Virus record (IMG/VR): IMGVR_UViG_3300015370_000019
Location: 1 to 53,503 of that record
Strand: one strand, 5' to 3'
Length of the DNA: 53,503 bases
Source of the DNA: a virus
Lineage: Duplodnaviria; Caudoviricetes
The position numbers and the translations under genes are program-made. The notes beneath the pieces were generated by a model that worked only from the letters and a program-made list of their open reading frames with translations, did no database searches and was not told the origin of the DNA. Each line of letters starts with the position of its first letter. Positions within the stretch are counted from its first letter, which is position 1. This document shows, in pieces, positions 6,745 to 15,106 of the stretch.

Positions 6745-9614
6745 CAGATCCCCCCGTCAGAATAGGTTTCTCGCACCGCGCTGCGCACGCGCCGGCCAAC
6801 CTCATCACCGATCTTTTCGGGACTGGCGTTGGAGCCGTTGACGCTCACCTGCACGTGAATGTCGCCAATGCTGGCCGGCCCGGCGGCGGCCGGCGAGGCC
6901 AGCGTTGAAGCGGCCACCAGGCCGGCGGCCGCGGTGCGCTGCAGGCCGGATACGTTGAAGCGGCCGGCATTGTCGTTGGCGGCCTTGCGCGTGGCCTCGG
7001 CGGCGCGGTGCATGGCGCCGACCATCGGGCCGGCATCCATGCCCTTGGCGATTTCGCTGATGATGCCGGCACCGCTCAGGCCTCTGAGCGGGCCTTTCCT
7101 GGCCGGCGATTGCGGCACATGCGCCTTCACTTCGTTGGCGGCCGCCGTCATCGCCGCCGTGATCTGCGGAATGCCCTGCAGGATGCCGTTGGCGAGCGAC
7201 TGGATGATCTTCTGGCCGCTCGAGGTGAGGTCGACGGCATCGACGATGGCCTTGGCCTGGCCCATGGCCTGGCGCACCTTGCCGGGCACGGCGGCAGCCG
7301 AGGCGTCGAGGCGGGCAAGAGCCGCCTGCAGCTCGGCCGGGTCGACGTTGCGGCCAGTTGAAACCGGCGCGGCGCTTGGTGAAGCCGGTGCCGAGCGAGC
7401 ATCAGCAACGGCCTTGCCGGTCGGCGCGGCTGCGGCATCAGCTTTCTTCACCGCCTTTGCCGGCTCATCCTTCTTGTCGGTCGACAGGCCCAGCGCGCGG
7501 GTGAGCTGGTTGTTGGTGAGCAGGGCATAGGCCTCGCCCAGCAGCTTCAGCGGATAGGCGATATATTCGCCGACCTGCTTGCCCCAGCTGCGCCACTCTT
7601 CCTTAGAGGCATCAAGCGGCCCGGTGAGATCGGTGATCCAGCCCCAAACCGCGCCAAGCGCGCTGGCGATGCCCTCAGCGAGCGGCCGGGCCGGGCCGAG
7701 CCCTTCGAGGAAGCCTTGACCAATGCCGGTGAAGAACTCGCCCAAGCCCGACCAGTTGTTCCAGATGAAGGTGCCGGCGGCGGCGAGCGCGGTGACAACG
7801 GCACCAACTCCGGTAGCCACGAAGGCAAAGCGCAGCGCGGCGCCGACTCCGCGGAAGATGCCGGCAACTCCCGCCCACTTCGGCGTGATCAGCGCGGCCA
7901 TGGCGCCAAGCCGGGTGATGTTGCCGGCGGCGACTTCCATGTTCATGAGGCGCACCTGCAGGCGGGCGGCGCCGATCGCACCGGCGAGCAGCTGCCAGCC
8001 GCCGACAACGCCGGCAACGGCGAGCTGCGCCAGGCCGATGGTTGCCATGCGGCCCATGAAACCGATGGCGATGGCGGCGATGCGGGCTGAGGCGCCAATG
8101 ATGGTGAGAATGCCGCCAAGGCCGGACAGCAGCATACCCAGCGGGCCAAGAACGCCGAGCACCAAAAGGCTGTTCATGCCGAACCGCAGCAGCTGCGGAT
8201 TGGTCTCCTTCATCGCGATCATGCCGGCGCGTAGGCTTTCGGCAAAGGCAGAAATATCCTTGACCACACCGCTGGCCTCGATGGTAGCGGAGAGGCTATC
8301 GAGGGCCGACACAACCCGATCCATGTCAGCTGCAAAGCCACTCAGAAACACGTTCATGCGTTTCTCGGTGGCGCCCAGCGCTTCCTCGGTGATTTTTTGC
8401 AGCTTGGGCAGATATTGGTCGGTAAAGCCACGCGCCAGCGAGATCAGCTGCGGCGTGCGGCGCACCCCGGTAATGTCCTTCATCTGGCCGGCGGTGGCCT
8501 TGGCCAGCTTCTCAAAGACATAATCGAGGTTGAGGTTTTCCATGGCGCCGGCAAAGTGGGCGTCGATGGCAGAGGTGAGCGCCTCCATCGACGGCAGGTC
8601 GCCCTGGTCGATCTGCATGACGTCTTGCAACTTGGCGAGCAGCGCCTCACGCATAGCAGGAAGGTCGCCCTGCAGCCCCTTGTTGCCAAGCACGCCGCGC
8701 ACGGCATTGCCAACATCATCACCCTGCACGCCAAACCGCTGGCTGAGCTGCGCCAGGGCGCCTTGCGGGTCATAGGCCTTGGCCTTGCTGAAGCTCAGCG
8801 CCTTGTCCATCTCGAGGCCCAAGGACTTAAATGCGGCGCGGGCGGCTTTGGTTGGTGCAGCCAGGTTGAGCAGGATGGTGCGCAGCGCGGAACCGCCCTT
8901 CTCGCCCTTGAAGCCGTTGTCGGCCAGCACACCAAGCGATGCTACAAGCTGCTCGAGCGAAAGCCCCAAGGCGCGGGCCACCGGCACCGAATACTGCATG
9001 GCGAGCGTCTGCTCTTGCCAGGTGTGGTTGGCCGCCGTGGCGCCAACCGCCATAAGGTCGAGGATCTTGCGGGTGCGCCTGGCGTATTCTTCCGGGTCGT
9101 TGATCTTGCCATAGAACCCGGCGACGACGTCGGTGACGTCGGCGCCGACCTTGCCGACCGATTGCTGCGAAGCCAGAGCGCCGCGCGCCAGATCCTCGAG
9201 CGCCTTGCGCGTCACATCGATCGAGTTGCCAGCCGTGATGAACTCCTTGGCGCCTTCAACCAACTGCGATCTTGTCAGCGGGTAGACTTCCGCCAGGCGC
9301 ACGATTTCATCACGCAGCGCCTCCATCTGGCCGGCCTGAGCGTTGGCTGTGCCCTCAACGAACTTCGACGCCTTGTCGAAATCATAGGCGCGCTTGATGA
9401 AGAGCCCACCAAGCAGCGCCGCGCCAGTGGCAACGGTGCCGGTCCGAGATGCGGCGCGGTCGATGCGGCGCGTTTGCTTGCCGATAGCGGCGCCGGCGGC
9501 CGCGGCTGAGCCCTGCAGCGTCTGCAGCTTCTTTGCATCAGCCGCGATGCGCTTGGCCGGCCCGCTGAAGTTGTTGACCAGCGAGACGACCAGGCGTGCC
9601 GATAGATTGCCCAT
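6744..9614 (-). CDS. Tail tape measure protein
   Basis: 956 aa, Ala/Gly-rich; TP901-type LADNGFKGEKGGSALR motif; TM region and IWNNW motif. Confidence 0.93.
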   Translation of the reverse strand: MGNLSARLVVSLVNNFSGPAKRIAADAKKLQTLQGSAAAAGAAIGKQTRRIDRAASRTGTVATGAALLGGLFIKRAYDFDKASKFVEGTANAQAGQMEALRDEIVRLAEVYPLTRSQLVEGAKEFITAGNSIDVTRKALEDLARGALASQQSVGKVGADVTDVVAGFYGKINDPEEYARRTRKILDLMAVGATAANHTWQEQTLAMQYSVPVARALGLSLEQLVASLGVLADNGFKGEKGGSALRTILLNLAAPTKAARAAFKSLGLEMDKALSFSKAKAYDPQGALAQLSQRFGVQGDDVGNAVRGVLGNKGLQGDLPAMREALLAKLQDVMQIDQGDLPSMEALTSAIDAHFAGAMENLNLDYVFEKLAKATAGQMKDITGVRRTPQLISLARGFTDQYLPKLQKITEEALGATEKRMNVFLSGFAADMDRVVSALDSLSATIEASGVVKDISAFAESLRAGMIAMKETNPQLLRFGMNSLLVLGVLGPLGMLLSGLGGILTIIGASARIAAIAIGFMGRMATIGLAQLAVAGVVGGWQLLAGAIGAARLQVRLMNMEVAAGNITRLGAMAALITPKWAGVAGIFRGVGAALRFAFVATGVGAVVTALAAAGTFIWNNWSGLGEFFTGIGQGFLEGLGPARPLAEGIASALGAVWGWITDLTGPLDASKEEWRSWGKQVGEYIAYPLKLLGEAYALLTNNQLTRALGLSTDKKDEPAKAVKKADAAAAPTGKAVADARSAPASPSAAPVSTGRNVDPAELQAALARLDASAAAVPGKVRQAMGQAKAIVDAVDLTSSGQKIIQSLANGILQGIPQITAAMTAAANEVKAHVPQSPARKGPLRGLSGAGIISEIAKGMDAGPMVGAMHRAAEATRKAANDNAGRFNVSGLQRTAAAGLVAASTLASPAAAGPASIGDIHVQVSVNGSNASPEKIGDEVGRRVRSAVRETYSDGGI

Positions 9615-9618
9615 AGGC

Positions 9619-9789
9619 TCAACCGTCTCCGTTTGTAGAATTGGGAAGCAGGCGATCGAGCGCGGTAATGCACTCTGCCGCCTCCGATAACGGCAGAGCT
9701 CTCACGTCAGGGATCGGCGTGTGCGCGTGGTGGGAAATGGCGACGACTACATCCCACCAGTTTCTGAGGTCAGATCCCGCACGAAAGGG
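9619..9789 (-). CDS. Tail chaperone -1 frameshift extension (gpE'/gpGT-like)
   Basis: Slippery heptamer C CCT TTC at 9783-9789; the -1 frame reads ...RNWWDVVVAISHHAHTPIPDVRALPLSEA... to a stop at 9619. Confidence 0.75.
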   Translation of the reverse strand, partial: PFRAGSDLRNWWDVVVAISHHAHTPIPDVRALPLSEAAECITALDRLLPNSTNGDG

Positions 9790-10442
9790 GCAAGCCACGT
9801 CTCCAGCCGCACCAGGTCGCGCTGCACAAGGCGGTTGATCACCGGGATTGGCTCGCCGGTGATGCCGGCCACCATCGCAACGGAAACCTCCGCCTCGGTT
9901 TTGAAGCGCGAGGCCTGCATCATCACGTCGATGGTGGGCTCACGGCAGGTCAGCTTTTCATAGCGGACGCCGTCATAATCGAGCGGGCTGATGAGCAGAA
10001 AAGTGCGCTCGCTGTCGAGGCCGTCAATTTCGTCGTCGGTGAGATCATCAACGCCAGCGTCAGCCGGCTCTATCGCAAACGGGTCATCGCCGTCAAAGTC
10101 GTCATCAGCTGCAACTTCAGCTGCCGGCCGCGCCAGGCCATCGGCCTCGAGGGCGGCCTGGTTGAGGCCCTTGACCCATCGGCTGATTTTGCCCATGTCG
10201 CGAGACTTCAGCCGCGCCGATGTGCCAGGCGGCAGATCAGAAATCTGATCGATGAGCGCCGTGAGCACATGCTTGTCCTTGTGCTTTGCCGCCTCACGCT
10301 GTGCGTTGACAACCTGATAGGTGATCGGCTCGGTGATCGTCACCTCGGTGATCTTTTTGTCGCCGTGGTGAATTGTGCCGCGCAGCTTGAACGTCTTGCG
10401 CTCGAGCACGCGCTCGGTGCTCTTTTTCTTCGCTTCAGTCAT
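9747..10442 (-). CDS. Tail assembly chaperone with two tandem Mu gp41/P2 gpE-like domains
   Basis: Two similar blocks (KTFKL...EVTITEP...LKSRD and RTFLL...KLTCREP...LVQRD) joined by an acidic linker. Confidence 0.8.
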   Translation of the reverse strand: MTEAKKKSTERVLERKTFKLRGTIHHGDKKITEVTITEPITYQVVNAQREAAKHKDKHVLTALIDQISDLPPGTSARLKSRDMGKISRWVKGLNQAALEADGLARPAAEVAADDDFDGDDPFAIEPADAGVDDLTDDEIDGLDSERTFLLISPLDYDGVRYEKLTCREPTIDVMMQASRFKTEAEVSVAMVAGITGEPIPVINRLVQRDLVRLETWLAPFVRDLTSETGGM

Positions 10443-10455
10443 TGTCAGCCACCCC

Positions 10456-10487
10456 AAAAAAAGAGGCGGCCAGGTGCTGGCCGCCTT
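10456..10487 (-). terminator. Intrinsic terminator after the tail tube gene
   Basis: Minus strand AGGCGGCCAG-CAC-CTGGCCGCCT, then C and T7. Confidence 0.75.
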
Positions 10488-10521
10488 GTCAGTCTCCCGA
10501 TTTAACTTCGTAGCCGGCGGC

Positions 10522-11031
10522 TTACGCCGTCAGCAGTGCGCGGCGGATTTCCGAATACTGCGACTCGCCGCCGATCTCGATGTCGAACGGCGTCACCTTG
10601 ATGAGCGGGTTGCCGTCCATCTCGAGATTGTACTCGCGCACACAGAGCTCGTGAGAGGTCTCGCCCTTGTCGCCGGGCTTCCAGCTGCCGGGATCGATTT
10701 TCTTCATGAACCCGCGCAGGAAGCACACCGCCGAGTGCACGGTGCCGTCCTCGTCGACGTAGGCACCGGTCGCCATGTACTCTTTCAGCACGCCGGGCTT
10801 GAGGCCGAAAAGCTTGATGAGTTGCGGGTCGAAAACCGGCCCCTTGAACGTCATCTCCGGTTTCTCATAGCCCATGTGGATGTCGATCGGCATGATCATG
10901 CCGGCGTTGCGGATCTCTTCGACTTTGACTTCAGGCACCGGGATGGTGATCTCTTCAATCTGGCCGATCTTGTCGACGCGATCTGCGAAGAGATCGCAGT
11001 CGCGCAGCACGTAACGGAGGATTTTGCCCAT
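10522..11031 (-). CDS. Major tail tube protein (P2 FII-like)
   Basis: EEIRNAGM, IDPGSWKPGDK and IRRAL motifs; RBS AAGGAG; follows the sheath gene. Confidence 0.92.
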   Translation of the reverse strand: MGKILRYVLRDCDLFADRVDKIGQIEEITIPVPEVKVEEIRNAGMIMPIDIHMGYEKPEMTFKGPVFDPQLIKLFGLKPGVLKEYMATGAYVDEDGTVHSAVCFLRGFMKKIDPGSWKPGDKGETSHELCVREYNLEMDGNPLIKVTPFDIEIGGESQYSEIRRALLTA

Positions 11032-11182
11032 GTCAGGCTCCTTGTGGTTAGTCCAACACTCGGCCTGCCCAACACGCGCAAGCACGTGTTGGCGAGCAAA
11101 AGCCGGTGTTGGAGCCGCTTCGTTCAGGTGTTCACGTAGCTAGGCGCCCACACGACTTTAGGAAGTGTGGGGCCAGTCAAAG

Positions 11183-12634
11183 TCAGGCGGCTTCGCGGAT
11201 GGCGAGCGGGCCGTCAGCGATGTTGTTGGCGATCGCATCGATGAGTAGGTCGTAATAGGCGATATTGCGGTGAGTGATGATGCGAACGTCTTCCATCGGC
11301 GCATACGGTTCGAACTCGACCGACAGCGTCCAGCGGCCTTGCGCGGCCTCGGTTGAAGCGTTCTTTGCCGGGTCGAACCAGACCCGGCCGCCGATGATGT
11401 AGCCCTCGGCCTGCATGGTATCGAGGAACGACTGGCCGCTCTCCTTCATGAACTTCAGGTTGGCGAGCGTTGGCAGCTTGTCGACGAACTCGAAATAGGC
11501 TTCCTCGAGCGCTTCGTTGATGAAGTCGGCGCTGCGGCGCACGTTCAAGAACTTCCACAGCGTCACGCCGGTGGTCGAGCGGTTGCCCCAGGTGCGCCAG
11601 CCATCGCGGTTGATGACGGTGTTGACGCCGTTCTCGTTGAGGTAGTTGGTCTGCAGGCCATAGGTCATCGGCCGCGAAACGTCGTCGATGCCGTTGATGG
11701 TCTTGTTGGAAACCGAATGCGCGAAGCCGATGGTGCGGTCGACCTTGGCCTGCACGCCGGCAAAGCGGGCAGACAGAGGCTGCGGCACATAGGCGTCCAG
11801 CGTGGTGTCCCAAACCATGCCCTTGGGATCGACCACATAGATGCGATCCGAGCCGTACTTCTGCGCGTAGATGACGGCCGCTTCATCGGTCGAGTTCGGA
11901 CCATCGATGAACGCCACCGCGCGGTGTTCCTCGAGGATGCCAACCAGCTCATGCACAACCGGGTTGCCGACCGTGCCGATGGTGGCGGTGAGGGTTGCCA
12001 CGGTGCCGCCGCCAGGGTCCACAACAGTGAGCGTTGGCGCGACAGTGAAGCCATAGCCGGGCTTGCGGATGGCAACCGCCGTCAGCACGCCAGCGGTGAT
12101 GATCGGCAACAGCTCAGTGCCGGTGCCGTCGCCAGCAACGGTGATATAGGTTTCGTCGGTGAGATCGGCACCAGGCGCCGTGATCTGCACCGCCGTGATG
12201 CCGTCAGTGGCCAGCGAAGAGGTGTAGCCAGGCACCACCACCAGGCGGGCCTTGAGTTTGCGGCCAAACTTGCTCTCGATCTTGCGCAGAGCGTGCACGC
12301 CGGTCAGCGCGGTGACGTCGCCCACCAGGTTGGACAGCGTTTCCTGCAGGTCTGCGCCCTCTTCCACGCGGATGACATAGGTATAGGTGCCGATCTGGTC
12401 AAAGACGCCGTCGAGAGCGTCCTTGATGGTGCCGGCGCTGCCCAGCTTGTTGGCGGTTACGGCGTCCTGCGTGCCCTTGATCAGCACCGGCGTGTTGAGC
12501 GGGAACGCCACGGCGTCGGCATCGGGCGCGGTGCCGAAGATGAGAACGACAGCAGATTGCACCGTGCGGATGAGCACGGGCAACTCAGGGCTTTCGAAAA
12601 CCCGCGTGCCGTGGTGGAACGAAATGTCGGCCAT
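11183..12634 (-). CDS. Tail sheath protein (P2 FI-like)
   Basis: FHHGTRV, FPLNTPVLI, NYLNENGVNTVI and WRTWGNRS; RBS AAGGAGG. Confidence 0.95.
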   Translation of the reverse strand: MADISFHHGTRVFESPELPVLIRTVQSAVVLIFGTAPDADAVAFPLNTPVLIKGTQDAVTANKLGSAGTIKDALDGVFDQIGTYTYVIRVEEGADLQETLSNLVGDVTALTGVHALRKIESKFGRKLKARLVVVPGYTSSLATDGITAVQITAPGADLTDETYITVAGDGTGTELLPIITAGVLTAVAIRKPGYGFTVAPTLTVVDPGGGTVATLTATIGTVGNPVVHELVGILEEHRAVAFIDGPNSTDEAAVIYAQKYGSDRIYVVDPKGMVWDTTLDAYVPQPLSARFAGVQAKVDRTIGFAHSVSNKTINGIDDVSRPMTYGLQTNYLNENGVNTVINRDGWRTWGNRSTTGVTLWKFLNVRRSADFINEALEEAYFEFVDKLPTLANLKFMKESGQSFLDTMQAEGYIIGGRVWFDPAKNASTEAAQGRWTLSVEFEPYAPMEDVRIITHRNIAYYDLLIDAIANNIADGPLAIREAA

Positions 12635-12702
12635 GAGGTGCCTCCTTGTTGATGCCAACAGGCCGGCAAGGCCGGTGTTGAGCTTGGGGTGGTGTGGTTA
12701 CG

Positions 12703-12732
12703 AAAAAACCCGCCGGGCGGGTGCCAGGCGGG
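12703..12732 (-). terminator. Intrinsic terminator between the fibre module and the sheath gene
   Basis: Minus strand CCCGCCTGGC-ACCC-GCCCGGCGGG followed by T6. Confidence 0.7.
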
Positions 12733-12764
12733 CGCAGGATCGAACTCGTTAACTCGGTGGTGGA

Positions 12765-13397
12765 TCAGCCCATCAAAGATGCCAGCAGCGCCTGCGCGTT
12801 GGCCTCGGCGGCGCTCAGGATCGCCGCCAGATCGTCGGCGAAGGTGACCGGATCGGACAGCGCCTTAATGGCGGCGTGCGTGACGCGTCTTTGACCGGCG
12901 ATGACGCCGACCGCGTTCCAGTAGTTGGCGGCGCTGGCAAGATCGACGTTGGCCAGCACCTTGTCCGCCAGGTCTTCAAGGCCGGCGTCAAGGCCGGCCG
13001 GTTGCGTCACCGACAATTCGGCGAGCAGCATCTGGATGCGCGGATCATCGGCCGTCGTCGGCGTACCGGAAACATCGAAGACGGCTTTCGCAACGACCGC
13101 CGCTTCTCGTTTGTCCGACCAGGACAGCTGTTCGAAGCGCGGCGCGGCGCCGGCGATCAGCTGTCCAAGCTCATCGGCGCGGGCGGAAACCGCCGCGATC
13201 GCGCGCAGCTTCTCCTCGGTCATGCTCAACTCGACGACTTTCGCGTCGATGGCATCGAGGATCGCTTGGTCGATTATCGGAGGGCTGAACGCGCCGGCAT
13301 CCCACACGATTTGCGGCCCGAAACCGGCATCAACGACCGCAAAGTCGAAGCGCCCAAGCACAGTGCGCGCGGCTCTTGAATAGGTGTGGTGAAGCAT
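12765..13397 (-). CDS. Putative tail fibre assembly protein
   Basis: Follows the fibre gene; EQLSW..K..AA / LADKVL / IAGQRR pattern typical of fibre chaperones. Confidence 0.6.
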   Translation of the reverse strand: MLHHTYSRAARTVLGRFDFAVVDAGFGPQIVWDAGAFSPPIIDQAILDAIDAKVVELSMTEEKLRAIAAVSARADELGQLIAGAAPRFEQLSWSDKREAAVVAKAVFDVSGTPTTADDPRIQMLLAELSVTQPAGLDAGLEDLADKVLANVDLASAANYWNAVGVIAGQRRVTHAAIKALSDPVTFADDLAAILSAAEANAQALLASLMG

Positions 13398-13400
13398 GGC

Positions 13401-14741
13401 TTACAGCCCTCCGTTGCCAAGGTCGCCGGCTTCGATTTGCCAGCATGTCAGGCTTGGGTCTATCCACGACACATCGATGCCAGAGGTTGCGCAAAAAGTT
13501 CCAAGTGCGAGCTGCCACGCATCGGCGCCATTCCCCATTGCTGCGTCGGCCGTTGCTTGAACAGCCCAGCAATGGCGGTTGTAATTGATGTTGTTGGAGA
13601 CATTCTGGATGTTGAGGCCCAACAGGATGCTTTTCAGGGCAACATCGGTCGCGCCGTTATAGTAGGCGATGCCAGTAGAGCCACTAGCAATGTTGGAGGT
13701 GGAGTCGCCCATAATCATTTCGCAGGCCGCATTAATTACGAGTGAGGCGCTTGCAGAGAGTATCGGGATGGTGCCAAAGATCCGGTAATAAGCCCAGCTT
13801 CTCGCAGTGCGGGTCGCTGAAAACGTGGGATTGATTTGATCGACACTCAGGATGCGCGGTATCGCGAGGCCGTTCGCCTTGAAGCCGGCCAGCGCGTTGA
13901 CGTAGCCATCGGCGCCGATCTCCATCAATTTGTCGCCGGTCGTCACATCAACGATCGCCAGTCCGACAATTCCGTTGGCGGCATCGCCAAGCGTTTTCAA
14001 CTTGAACCGCTTGCCCGCGCCGGTGCCGCGGACAAACTCGATGGCGTCCTGTAGCGTCGCGGTGTTGTCGGCCTGCCAAATGGCGGGCGTCACAAGGGCC
14101 GGGCTGCTGAGAGCGGCCTTGCCCTCTTCGAGCGCGATGATGCGGTCCTCGGCCTCGCCCAGCGTGTCAAGGTCAACGCCGGCGTCGTTGACTACACCAG
14201 CGATCGCAGCGGCGATCAGTGCGTCGACTTCGGCCTGGCTGTAGGAATAGCCAATCTCGGGTGGTTGCGCGATCGCCACGGCCCATGTGGTGTGCGGTCC
14301 GGCAGGGCCATCGGTCGAGTTGGTGATGGTGGCCACCAGCACGCCGGTGTCGGGGTCATAGCTGACGAAGGTGCCGAGCATGATGGCCGATGGCGAGCTC
14401 GTGCTCACGAAGCTCAGGAAGCCGGCCGGAGAGAACGTGTTGCGGTCCACTTCGGCAACGAGAAAATCATTCTGCCCGGTGAAGGGCAGCGCTATTTCCT
14501 TTTCTGCCGTGCTGGCGAGCAGGGCGCCAAGGTGCGCCTTGCCCTCGATCTCTTCATAAGCCGGGCCAAGCACCTGGTTGATGCGCTCGAGGGCCAGCTT
14601 GATGAGATCGGCCTCGAGATGCTTGATTGCATCACGGCCGGCCTCGAGGCCGCGCAGCCGCAAAGCGATGTCGTCGAACCGCTTATCAAGCGAACCGCGG
14701 TCGGCGCGCTCATCAGGCTTGATTGAATATTCTGTCGTCAT
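13401..14741 (-). CDS. Putative tail fibre / receptor-binding protein
   Basis: DLDTLGEA and ALSSPALV fibre-type segment; lower-GC, beta-rich C-terminus; position in the tail module. Confidence 0.65.
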   Translation of the reverse strand: MTTEYSIKPDERADRGSLDKRFDDIALRLRGLEAGRDAIKHLEADLIKLALERINQVLGPAYEEIEGKAHLGALLASTAEKEIALPFTGQNDFLVAEVDRNTFSPAGFLSFVSTSSPSAIMLGTFVSYDPDTGVLVATITNSTDGPAGPHTTWAVAIAQPPEIGYSYSQAEVDALIAAAIAGVVNDAGVDLDTLGEAEDRIIALEEGKAALSSPALVTPAIWQADNTATLQDAIEFVRGTGAGKRFKLKTLGDAANGIVGLAIVDVTTGDKLMEIGADGYVNALAGFKANGLAIPRILSVDQINPTFSATRTARSWAYYRIFGTIPILSASASLVINAACEMIMGDSTSNIASGSTGIAYYNGATDVALKSILLGLNIQNVSNNINYNRHCWAVQATADAAMGNGADAWQLALGTFCATSGIDVSWIDPSLTCWQIEAGDLGNGGL

Positions 14742-14785
14742 CCCAGCACCCCGGTTGCCGTTTCAGCCGATCGCCTCGGCGGCGA

Positions 14786-15019
14786 TCAATCGGCGTCCTT
14801 TAGGTTCAGCGTCTCAGCCTTGCGGCGCAACTCGTGCGACTTCAGCTTGCCGGCCGCCTGGATCTCCTCGGCAACCTTGCCCTTCACCTTGTAGGTGTGG
14901 GCGGGCGAGAAACGCTGCTTGAATTTCTCGCTGTCATGGATCGCCGAAACGCGCACGTCATAGAGCGACTCGGCGTCGAACGTGGCGGCGGCGGATTTCT
15001 TGGTTGTGGCTTTGGTCAT
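14786..15019 (-). CDS. Small basic virion-module protein
   Basis: Codon-biased ORF starting MTKATTKK within the tail operon. Confidence 0.6.
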   Translation of the reverse strand: MTKATTKKSAAATFDAESLYDVRVSAIHDSEKFKQRFSPAHTYKVKGKVAEEIQAAGKLKSHELRRKAETLNLKDAD

Positions 15020-15106
15020 GGTCTTCGTTCCCTCATGAGAAAGGCCCGCGAGATGGATGCTCGCAGGCCCGGTCATTCAAAGTCAGCGATCAGAGCCGCT
15101 GGCGGT

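Noticed and set aside
13401-13870. Asn-rich fibre tip as a diversity-generating retroelement target
   Set aside because: No reverse transcriptase and no second (template) copy seen in the window
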